The position numbers and the translations under genes are program-made. Below are positions 1 to 12,000 of a stretch of 64,000 nt of DNA, in pieces. Below the pieces are notes generated by a model, which saw nothing but the letters and a program-made list of their open reading frames with translations, was not told the origin of the DNA and did not search any database. The stretch comes from Lytechinus pictus (lineage: Eukaryota): contig NC_087252.1 of NCBI RefSeq assembly GCF_037042905.1, forward strand, positions 12,960,001 through 13,024,000, read 5' to 3'. The stretch's first letter is position 1; each line of letters starts with the position of its first letter.

Positions 1-240
1 AAAATCCTGTTTTCTAATGCTTCAGTGAGCACACAATATTCAAACATTGTGGAAATGAGAAGAAAGTTCAAGGCCTCGGCCCCACTTTGTGCCGTATCAA
101 ATGATTATTTTGGTGTGCGTGCCTTAGTGTTGCTCTGAAGACGTTTGCGAAGTTTTATTTAAAAAAATGTAGGCAGAAGTAGAATAAAATTATCCATGAA
201 AGAACCCTCACTTTGACTTTATTCGATTTTTTACACATCC
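1..240. repeat. Internal fragment of the same transposon family
   Basis: Nearly identical to 2864-3075 and similar to 984-1190. Confidence 0.75.
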
Positions 241-247
241 ATCTATA

Positions 248-2290
248 CACAACAAAAAAAAGTAAGTCTCCCCTTGAACAAACATCAATTATTTCCGAAC
301 CATTGCGAGTTTTTGATATATTTTGACATGAGCGTGTAGGTAATTTTATAAGCTACCATCTGAGTAAATGTTATGGACGTATTTTACGTCATGCTTCAGT
401 GAGCACCGTCAGAAGGCAAAAATATCACTTTTCAAAAGTCACAAGCCAAATATCATGACTTTGATTCCATTTTACTGGAACTGATTCCAAATTCTCATCA
501 TAAAAAATAGTCAGAAGGCTTGTAAAAGGTACTTTCTAAAAGACGATACAACTTTTTGGCTAAATTTCACGGTTGAATAAACACAAGTACAAATTTGCCA
601 AAGTTGGATTTTTTACACATTTTTATCAATAAAAATGATAGAATATGATGACAGTTATTTTTGGGAAGAGTATCTTCAACAATATTCATCGTTTCACAGT
701 TCAATGAACATTTATTGAAAACAAAAAATACGATTTTCAAATATCATAGGCAAGTATTGTTTCATTTTGGTAACTGAAACTGATCCTTTATCAACTTTTT
801 CGTTATGTTCATGACCAATTAACATGCTTCAATGATTCAAAGGCGTTTAATTAAACATTAACGCTTGAATGAACATGTGGAATGTGATTAGCTCTTTTTT
901 ACGTTATTGGAAAAAATGCAATTTGTAACTATGGATATCTGTCATTAACCTCGTTGCATGGTTCATTTGATTTGATTTTTATGAAAATCCCGATGTTTAA
1001 TGCATCAGTGAGCACACAATGTTCGAAAATTATGCAAATGAGAAGAAAGTTCAAGGCCTTGGCCCCACTCTGGGCCGTATCGATTTGTTATTTTGGTGTG
1101 CGCGCCTTTTGGATAGTGTTACTTTGAAGCCGTGTGCGAAGTTTCATGAAATAACTGTTGGCAGAAGTAACAAAAACTGTACATGAAACAAATCCATATT
1201 TCATATTTGTTTCAATTTTGACTTCCTCTCTCATAGACTTGTGTACATTATGGGTGCATATGCTTAAGAATAAGTAACCCCTTATTCAATATGGTGGAAC
1301 TTTTTATCAAGGCTGTTTTCAGCAATGTCATTTGGCAGTCATGTTTATCAACCTATGGGCAGAATTCTGTTCCAAAATTAAATCGATTTGTTTGTTTATG
1401 GATGAGTGAGCACGCATTAAAGTGGGAAAATGGGCATTTTCAATGTCACAGACTCATTTTAAAGGGTAATAAGGGGAATATTTGGGGAAAATTCGGTTTC
1501 AAATGTGACTTTAATTGCTGTTGTTTTTATTATCCATTCTTTCTATCACCCCACACTTTCCGAACTTTTAACGTTTTCATGGTTGAGCGAGCACATTCGA
1601 AACTTAGGAATGACTACTTTTTTTACTGCATAAATGTATTCTTTTCCTAACAATTTCTCATGATCAGTTTAATTTATGGACAAATCAGGGGTGGATCAAG
1701 AATTTAAAAATGGGGGAGGGGCTTATAATCGGGGGAGCCACCAACATTTTCAAATTTTAATATGACTTAACAAGTTGTAGAGGATACTACCAAAAACCCC
1801 TATGATGATACGTCGCAATACAGGGGCCGCGGAACGGTTTTCAAAGTGTGGGGAAGGGACTTAGCCAAAATTGGGGGGGGGGGGGCTGACCATGCAAAAA
1901 ATCAAAATCGTAATCATTTTTACATTTTTTTCTTCTGTGGCCCCTGCAATTTTGTGCTCACTCAACTATGAGCATACGATATCAAAATTGTGTGTGGAGT
2001 GGCTAAATGATGGATATAAAACAGCATTAACACAATAAAATTCACCTAACAACAACTTTTGCACAACTTTGTATTTGCACAATCTGAAAAATGACTGTTG
2101 TGACTTTCAAAAATGGTCATTTTTAATTCAATCATTAATTACTCATGCATGACTCAACCGATCAATCTCATCTTTCTCTAGGAGTTGTTTAATGAGTGTA
2201 GAAAACCACCTACGAAATATCATATCTCAAAATAATTCCGTTCAAAAGTTACAGCAATTTGATTTAGGGGGACTTACTTTTTTTGTTGTG
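248..2290. mobile_element. Non-autonomous Tc1/mariner-type DNA transposon (about 2.0 kb)
   Basis: TIR CACAACAAAAAAAAGTAAGTC at 248 and GACTTACTTTTTTTGTTGTG ending at 2290; TA on both sides; no transposase ORF. Confidence 0.75.
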
Positions 2291-2292
2291 TA

Positions 2293-2490
2293 TATATTTT
2301 ATTGTTCGAAATAGACATGAAATCAAATACTCCGAAATTTCCTTTGCCAAATTGATCGTCGGCCCAGTAACTGTTGTGCAGCGCCAGATCGACAAGGCTC
2401 TATCCCTTAAATCGTCTGACGCGACCGGGATTTGAAGTCCCAACCTTTTGGATGTGAGACGGACGCTCTACCAACTGAGCCAACACACCG
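2293..2490 (-). mobile_element. tRNA-derived SINE
   Basis: Minus strand begins CGGTGTGTTGGCTCAGTTGGTAGAGCG (A box) followed by a B-box-like GACTTCAAATCCC; AATAAA-like tail. Confidence 0.7.
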
Positions 2491-4870
2491 TTACACATTG
2501 GAATCGCTAAAAATGATCGAATATGATGAAAGTTATTTTTGGGGAAGAGTATCTTCTACAATATTCATTTCACGATTAAATGATCATTTAATGAAAACAA
2601 AAAATATGATTTTCAAATATCCTAGACAAATGTTGTTTCATTATAGGAACCGAAGTTATCTTATCAACTGTGTTTCCGTTGCGTTCATGACCAATTAACG
2701 TGCTTGAAGGTTTCTAAGGTGTTTGATTAAACATTCACACATGTATTAATATTTTGAAGGTGAATGGCTCTTTTTTATTTTATTTGGAAAAATGCAGTTG
2801 CTTTATAGTATAGATATCTATCACAAACCTTCTTGCATAGTTCACTTGATTTAATTTTTTATGAAAATCCTGATTTCTAATGCTTCAGTGAGCACACAAT
2901 ATTCAAACATTGTGGAAATGAGAAGAAAGTTCAAGGCCTCGGCCCCACTTTGTGCCGTATCAAATTATTATTTTGGTGTACGTGCCTTAGTGTTGCTCTG
3001 AAGCCGTTTGCGAAGTTTTATTTTTTTTAAATGTAGGCAGAAGTTAAATAAAATTATCCATGAAAGAACCCTCATTTAATTTTTGGACTTCCTCTCTCAT
3101 AGACATTGTGAACACTATGAGTGCATATTTTTTTAAGAATGAGGAACGCCTTATTCAATGTGGTAGAACCTTTTTTTCAAAAATTATCTTTAGCTTTATC
3201 ATTCAGCAGTAAAGTTTATCAACCTATGGGCAGAATTTTATTAAAAAATGAATTTGATTTCTCTATTCGTGGATGTGTGAGCATGTATCTGAGGGGAAAT
3301 GGCGTTTTCAAAGTCACAGACTCTTTTCAGAGGTTATAAGATTAATAATAGGGGGCAATTTTTTTTTTTCAACTGTGACTTAATTGCTGTTGTTAATACC
3401 AACCATCATTTTATCAACACACATACTTTCCGAATTTTTCACGCTTTCATGGTTGAGCGAGCAGACTTTAAAATTTAAGAATGAATACTCTTTATAATGT
3501 ATATATGCACTCTTTTCCTAACAATGTCTGAGGATCAGTTGAATTTATGGACAAATCAGTGGTGGAACCAGAATTTGAAAATGCGGAGGGCAACCAAGAA
3601 ATTGGGCGAGGGGAGTCTCTAACATCTTCCAATCTTAAAATGTGTTTAAGCTGTAGAATCACTACCATATACCCCTATGATGATACATCACAATACATTG
3701 TGCTCACTCAACCATTAAATCGTTATCAATTTTTTTTTATGGAGTAGTAAAATGATGGATAGTAAAACAGCATAATTCCCATAAAACTCACCCTAAAATT
3801 AAACCTTCGCCCATCCCTGTATTTCCACAATTCTAAAAGCGACTCTTGTGACTTTCAAAAATTGTAATTTTTACTTTATTCTTTGATTAATCATGCATGA
3901 CCCAACCAATCAATCTATTTTTTTGCAGGAGTTGGTTTATGAGTGTAGAAAACTATGAGGTATTATATCTCAGAATTACTCTTCTCAAAAGTTACAGCAT
4001 TTTTGTCTCACCTACATAGCAGAATAAGACTAAAAGCGCCGCTTTTACCGACGACGGCGGCGGCTTTAATATCAAATCTCAACAGAAGGTTAAGTTTTTG
4101 AGATGACAGCATAACTAAGAAAATATATAAGCCTAGTTCATGAAACTTAGACATAGGGTTAACAAAGCATTACTTACCATCCTGCCTGAGTTTCAGGTCA
4201 CATGTCAAAGGTCATTTAGGGCCAATGAACTTAGACCATGTTGGGGGAATAAACATCAAAATCTTAACCTATGGTTAAGTTTTGAAATGTCTTCGTAACT
4301 TAGAAAGTATATGGGCCTAGTTCATGAAACTTGGCTAAAGAGGTCATCAAATATTACTGAACATTTTCTTTGAGTTTCAAATGTCATTTAGGGTCAATGA
4401 ACTTTTTGCCATTTTGGGGTATTTGTTGAATTACCATCATAACTCTGAAAGTTTATTGGTCTAGTTAATAAAAGTATTAAAGTTTATGAGAGTAATCAAA
4501 TGTCACTGAATATCCTGTGCAAATTCAGATCACATGAAAAGACTCAAAGGTCATTTAAGGTCAATGAACTTAAGCTATGTTGGAGGCAATTATTAAATTG
4601 CTGTCATAACTTCCGAAGTTTTTAGATATAGTATATGAAATGTGGACATAAGGTAACCAAGTATAATTGACAAGTCTTAGGTCACATGATCAAGGTCAAA
4701 TATCATTTATGGTCAATGAAAATAAAATTATGTCATAGTGTTATGGGGAATAGTTATTTTATAGTAGTTTTCAAAGTCAGCACTGCTGCCTTTTTTAATT
4801 ACGTAATGCATGTTAGACTGTCAGAGGCGCTCCACTTGTTATTTAGGGGGGACTTACTTTTTTGTTATGT
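2491..4870. mobile_element. 5'-truncated second copy of the 248-2290 family, interrupted by a HINE-like insertion
   Basis: Colinear with about 614-2290; ends in GGGGGACTTACTTTTTTGTT. Confidence 0.7.
4001..4838 (+). mobile_element. Helentron/HINE (DINE-1-like) non-autonomous element with ~150-bp internal tandem repeats
   Basis: 5' TTTTGTCTCACC..(GAC/GGC)n, repeated AGGTCACATG..GGTCAATGAACTT units, 3' AGACTG.CAGAGGCGCTCCACTTGTT; inserted into a T-run of the host element with no TSD. Confidence 0.6.
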
Positions 4871-5452
4871 TTTAGTGTAAATAATATTCTAAGAAACAGT
4901 CTTGCAATTTTATTCATCTAATTTTCTATGAATTCTACATCAACAGATCACTGAAAAACCATCAACTTCCTATGAGAAAAGGAATGACAAAGGTATTTTT
5001 ATTTCATTTGATGTGATTTATATTCAATTACTTTGCACCCCATGAGATTAATTGAAGCATAAGATATTCTTAAGTTATCTTTAAATATATTTAATCAAAG
5101 TCATTCAACCAATTAGTATTATTTTAGCATGTTAGATAAAACAACCCTGTTTTCAAGATTACATAATGTATATCACTTTTTATCACGAACTCCTAGCCGA
5201 CGGTCATGATCAAAGGGAGGGACTGAATCAACCCCTAATCTTATTTGGAATGGTATCAAAATATCCCAGTCTTTTTCGGGTTAACACTGCTTTGCTTGGT
5301 AGCAAAATACCATCTGATTGTGTTTTTTGTATCGTCAGCCACAACCCCTCAATAAAAAAAAAGGTTTCAAGGCCCCTGGATGTGAATGATATGTATTTCT
5401 TTCAAGGAAACAATTAATAATTACAAAGTATATTGTCCTCTGCTTTTTACAG

Positions 5453-5484
5453 AAAATGAGGTGTCGAGTCAAACACATGTACAG
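5453..5484 (+). CDS. ROCO gene micro-exon (32 nt; [11 protein letters not shown])
   Basis: tgctttttacAG acceptor, CAG|gtaagt donor; ends in phase 0, matching the next exon. Confidence 0.6.
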
Positions 5485-5945
5485 GTAAGTCCATTACAAA
5501 TTAGATTTGATTCCTTTATTTTTTTTTTGTTGTTTAAACTCAAAAACAATGATACTTGATAATGTTAATAAAATTATTACAATTTAGAATTCGTACCTCT
5601 CAGAATATTCTTACACGAATGGAATTTCCTTTAGTTGTAATGTAATGTGAAAAAAAAATATTTTACATCGTCTTTTTTAGTCTCCTGATACAGATATTCT
5701 TTCTCCGTTGAAAACAATATAATTCATAATAATTTTTTAGATTCATGTCATTTATCTTTCTTTCATATGAATGAAGATGTACATTTGTTTTCCTTTACTC
5801 CGAAATGAACTACATGTATTGTTTGATAGGTTTCAGAGTCTGACGAAAGGGAAGAACGTACCGCAGGTAAAGTTGAATCGTTTTTGTCAATATTCCAGTC
5901 AGATATGATTAACCTTAGCTTGCCGGACAGGATGGTGGGGCATAA

Positions 5946-5991
<46 letters not shown>

Positions 5992-6019
5992 TGTATATAC
6001 ATGTATGTATATATATAAA

Positions 6020-6062
<43 letters not shown>

Positions 6063-9000
6063 ATATATATATATACATATATATATATACAAGTTTGAAA
6101 ATCTGACTTTGATCGATTCCTCCTCCTCTGTTTTAGTGAATATTAATGTTTAGTTGATACCAATGAATAGATCATTTAATTTACATTAACATGATAACCT
6201 ACATGATATGATTATTGTTCACATGAAGGTGCAGTGCCTTGAAATGTGGGGCAATTTCAAATTTCAAAATTTGCAAAATTACACAATATTGGAAGTCACT
6301 GTTCTTTTTTCCGTGGTGATGAGTGAGTTTCCCAGCGGTTTCTTTTGTTTTCATGCACCTTAACATCAACATTAACATGGATCAAACACACCTCTGCACA
6401 AGCAAACACATAATAAACAACCATGCATGGGTATTTCAAACCACAACTCAAACCATGTTATCTCACAGAACCATCGCTACATAAACCCCAAAACATAAAA
6501 AATGAAGATGCAGGGGCTTGATTTGAATGGATTTCATCTCGATTGACACAGGTAAAATAATCATGTTCTGTAGTGACACTTCATGACTATTTCTACTCGT
6601 TTTGCAGCTTTTCAATTCATACCTTATCCAACACTTTTGAAGCCTGCTCTTTTCGTGATGGCATGATCATAACACGCATGGTATCATTTTAAAGAAAATT
6701 AAATGGGCTTTTGAATAATATCAAATATGCACTGTGTAGATTTGGGAGTTGGGATAAATTAATGGCCAAACTCAGATTGCCTAATTTTTTATGGGGTTTA
6801 TATATATAACAGCTGTGACTCTTTTAATTCAAATATGTTGTGAAAATGAATGAAAAGAACAATAGTAGGCGTATCTTTGATGAAGGTTCCACAGAGCTGC
6901 CTAGCACTTGGAAAGTTTGGTGAGGCCAAGAATAATGTCTTTGGCGGGCATCGAGCCCGACACCAAGCCTAGAACACCACAGTGTGGCTTTTCAATGTTC
7001 ATAACTCATAGGATATTTAATTGGTGGGGTTGATAATCTGTTTACATGTATATGACGGTCAATTGGATGGAGTTTGCCGTAGCTGTTAACCTGTCTCTGT
7101 AAACAACTTTTTATCTATGTCCGCCTCGAGGTGAGAACCCCATTAATCTTTTTAACTTTACCCGTCACCCTTGTTGACCACCTTAATTTGTTGCATGGTC
7201 CAATACATGGACCCACTTTGACCAATCAAAGGGCTGGATCATTTTTACAGTCTTAAGGAAAGTTTACAAAGTGTGAATACTTTTCTATTGACTGTGGAAT
7301 AGACATAAATCAAAGAAATATCTCCACAAATTAAGAAAAAATTGATGATAAAATGTAATTTCATGCAAATAATAAAAACCTAATCTGAGAATTAAATGAA
7401 AAAAGATCGATAAAGGCTTGTAAAATAATGGGGGCTTCTTGGGGGCAGCCACATGCATGGATGTGTAGTTTTTGTTGCTTTTTTTTTAATTTAGAGTAAA
7501 AACAACGCGAGTTACAGAAAGGGTTTTTTTTATGTTCTAAATAAAATCTACTTTCAATCTATGATCATGTCATTAAATTTCACCACTATCTGCAACTCTT
7601 TGTTTAATTAAATCAGGCAATAAGCAATCAAATAATGGAAATGGAGAAATAGACAAATGTATCATGCCTGAAAACATGGATGATGGCTATACGCCCCCAT
7701 CAGAAAATGATAAGTATGAAAAATTAGCTCGAGATATTGAGGGAAAGGTTATAAAAGTGGAATCATCTGCACCTGATACATCCTACAGTATCTGGGACTT
7801 CGGAGGACAAGAAATCTACTACATCACCCATCCGGTAAGTTCAGGCTTGTTAGTATTTGGCAAAAGATTATTCATATTTTCTGTTTCCAAACTCAGCTGC
7901 ACTGCTGCTTTATTGAATATGTGTAATTCAGGCGAGATTGTCATAGGCGTTCTACTTGCTTAAAGCATATTTCCGTATAATGTTGAATAGAGTTATCATA
8001 TTTCTGGCCACTAAACCAAGGTCAAAGGTTCTCGGGGCAATAAAATTGTATTTAAAAAATGTCAAAGTTTAAATTTTTGACTTTCAAGATATTTGTGTTA
8101 TGTGTGCTATATCAAATAGTTGGTCAATCCGTGATAATAGAAATGTCAGCATTCCCTCTCCCCTTCAGCTATTTCTTTCCTGGCGAGCTCTTTACATTCT
8201 TGTGATTCCACTACACCTGAAACTGAGTGACGAAGCACCAAGAACGGAAAATCTTAAAGTATGTTGCTTTAAAATATTTTCTATAAAACATTCATTTAAG
8301 CTCGTAATGATAATAGATCCATTAATCTCTCTTACTTTTATTATAAAAAAAAATGAAAAAGGGCAGAAAAGGAGAAATAAACGGCAGTAAAGCCGATAAC
8401 AAATTCACAAGCTAAGATTAATTTATTTTAATGCAAGCAAAGCTTTAAGAGTATAAGGTCCTTTTTTCATACTAGAGAAGAATTTAATAATCAAATGTCC
8501 TTATTAATTTCCCATGAATTTCATCAACTTTGAAACCTTAATGTATCCTTGTGTAAGGCAACATTACACCTCCCCCGCCCCCTTGGTATTATCATGTATC
8601 CATCACTGCCCATGATCTTTTGAATAGAAATACCATGTTTCTCAATACTCTAATTTATAAAAATCATTCTTAAGAGGACTTTACAATTTTATCAGATTTA
8701 TTTCAATAACTTGGATAAGTCCGGGATAAAACCTTTTAACTATGTTAGTCATCCATTTGATGGCTATAACCAACGACAATAAATAACACACGAAATTCCT
8801 TGTGCTGTGACCCATCTCCCTGACCTGAGCACTACGCCTAGTTACTCATTACAGTCAAGTCACGTCCTCTTTTCATGTCGTGTCTTAACCGAGACGTAAA
8901 TAGTATATAGATAAGTCTCTCTCCAACATTGGAAATTTAATGTCTAGACTCTATTTCTTGGCGTTTTGTTTTATGTGACTCTTTTTGTTTTTATATCATT

Positions 9001-12000
9001 CTGAGTCTTGGTTTAGCTCACTAGCGCGATTTTGTGTGTGTGTTAAGACCCTTTTTGGTCTTATACGTTTGAGCTTGTTTTGCCATCACACGTCGCTCGT
9101 ATGGGTACAAAGTTTGATATAGAGCATCTTCTGCGTACCTCTCGCGCTCCTATTAACCTTGCGTCGGTAATGTTGTGCGCGGCGCTGGAATTGTAATTTT
9201 TATTGCTTCGTCTCAAATTCTTACTCTTCTCGTAAATCTTCTCGTTCTGTTCTTTCCAGTTAAGAACTTAGAAGGTAGATAAGCTTCTTTCAACTCATCG
9301 CTTAATGACTCCACGTCTGCTACTGGGAAAGAGTCAGGCATGGTATAATTGTTCCCGCGATCAGCGGCGGTGAGTATGACGGCAAAAGAGTTGGACCCTT
9401 TGCGTAGTACTCAATAAAGGGTGGAACCGTGGAATTTCGTCCACGTGCCATGAGAAAGAATGTTGGAACCATGGAGTCTTGCCCAAGAAGGTGGAACCGT
9501 GTCCACGTGCCCGAGCGTATAAGGTGGAACCGTGGCGCTGCGGCCACATGCCCGAAAGGTGATAGCCAAGGATCCCTCGGCGGGACCTGAACCTATTTGG
9601 GGGAGTGTTGTACTGGTAGAGAAATCCTCAACTCCTCCAGGGATGCTTGACCACAGGCTATCGGGCCCAACAAGTCCGGTACCCTTGGGTGGGGCGATCT
9701 TAGTGCGGGGGAGATGGGGTCCGGGGTTTGATCTCAACCGTTCGCTCTACCACACATGTATATGTTGTGATGCGATCCTTGCTCTAATTTCCCCAACACT
9801 TCCAGTTGAGCTGGTTGGTCGGACTTTACTATTCTGCATAGCCAGCAGTGCTTTGGCGGCTCTTATATACCAGCAGGATGGCACTCTGTCACTTCTCTGT
9901 CACATTTCACGAAACATTTGACTGCCCTCCGAGTGGTTTTCTCCAAATAGGGTTCTCGGTCGTTCCAATCCCTTTTCGGAAGGCTGGAAACAGACCGGCC
10001 TGCCACAGCTCCCTACCAGAAGCTGCAAGTGGTCTGTTCTAACGCATATGGGACAGAGATCGGTTTCTGGGTGCTTCCCCCGACACGGGCATCTGAGATT
10101 GTTAGCATTCCTTTCGTTTGCAATTAATACGACTGGGCTTATCTTATCCACAAGCCGGTGAGTCTTGACTCTGGCCTTATTAGCCTCGTCTTAGCCTTTT
10201 TGGATTGGTCTTGCGATCTTCTACTGAGCTGCGCAAGGCTTCAGTTTCTCCTACCGCGACTCTTCTTTTTCTGACTTTTCGACAAAGTCGGATCATTATT
10301 GATCATCGATGGCTGTCATCCCACCTTTACGACCATTTTGTGTCGGTTCTGGATGATCTAATATCCCCAATCCGAATCTTACAACACTCTTGAGAATATC
10401 TTCTCAAACATCCAGTTCGTATGGGTTTAGTCCATCATGATGCCTGTCAGCCGTTCTTGACGTTTGACTAACTCCTCCTTGAGTCGGTATTTAAGGCATC
10501 TTTTTTCTGTTTATCAGTCGAGATTCCCCCACCCCTTGTTTCCAACGATCTGTGACAATAGGTGTTGCGTTGCATGCTTATGCATCGCTCCTGGACACTT
10601 CAGTGGGACTGGCGTGGAATACGCATGATTCCCACGCCCTGATATTTCTCGAACCAATCACTCGTGCTTGGTCCGCTGGAGTTCCCTAACTCTTGCAGAT
10701 CCCTTACCTTCTGGGAATAGGATCTGGTGTCCGGGTCTTTGAAATGGTTTTTGATTAGACAAAGTGAGTTACCTTTTTGGTTTAACCCTTGTCCTTGTTC
10801 GCTTACCTTTTGGTGCAGCGTTTCGCGACTCTGTTTTGCGCTGGTTTTTGTTGCGTTTAGTTCAGCAGGCGCTGCTCCCGTTACGAGGCCGAGGCCCACG
10901 ATACTACAAGTATCGGTTCGTTATGTCTTCTGTCGAGGTATTTCCTCTTGACGATTGGAGGGCCGCTTTTGCTCTCCACCATCACTTCCTGTCTTTTCCT
11001 TGGAAAACTTTTCATCTGAGGAGACGATTTTTCCCTCAGCTCTCATGGTTGTGACCTCTGCGTTTTCCTCTCCCTGTTCCTTTGCGTTCTTTGCTTTAGA
11101 CATGCTTCCCCACGGTCTGAATCCGTGTTGGTCGAGCATAGTTAAAGGGATGTATCCCAGTTATTGAAATAAATCATGAAAATACCGTTTTTTCCTTTGA
11201 GATAACTGAATACATCCTTTAACCCCTCCCACCGGCCCCTCGCCTTGCATGGCAACATATCTCATCGGTTCACACTCATGAGAGGACGTGACGTGGGCGT
11301 GATTGAGTAACTGGGCGTAGTGCTCGGGTCAGGGAGATGGGTCACCGCACAAGGTTTTTCGTGTGTTATTGTCTTCGGTTATAGCCATCAAATGCATGAC
11401 AAGCATAGTTAAAGGGATGTATCCAATTATCTCATAAATAAGAAAATAACGGTATTTTCATGACCAATCATGAATAAATTAACATACAAATTTGATGTAT
11501 AAAATTAACCATCCGAAAGTTTGCCTGGCGTTGAGCTAGAAGATTCTATACAGATTATACTAATTTATTCAGGTCACCACACATAAAAAGGTCAAATGGT
11601 ACATATAGCAAAACAATTTTGCAGTGAAAAAAAAGAATGGCAAAGTTTTAGCCTCTTTGAGTGTACTTTGATAAACATTAAGCAGAAGATATTTTAACAG
11701 AACAGAAAAGTATCCCACCCTCAGTGGCAATTTTTTTATCAGCTCCAAGATTGTTGTGATGTATGGGCTTGCCGTAGGGATAAGCGAATGAAATTGATCG
11801 TACGGATTTCGAGCAGGCGCTCCCTTGAACGATTACTGATGCGTACACGATCTATTTTTTTTACTTCTGACCTGAAAACTGATTAGTTTTAACATGTTTT
11901 TAATAAAGAACGCTGTACATGCATTACAGCGCGAAGCGTGACCTGTTTTTTTATACCATGATGGAAAAAGATAGTTCACGTGAGCGTTGAAATTTTCTCA

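Noticed and set aside
5763..6092. 109-aa YI-repeat ORF
   Set aside because: Translation of a (TA)n microsatellite.
9900..10151. Tyrosine recombinase call from LCPIC resembling the YR LCPV motif
   Set aside because: No HSxR or catalytic Tyr region is visible and the orientation is opposite to the expected one; left unassigned.
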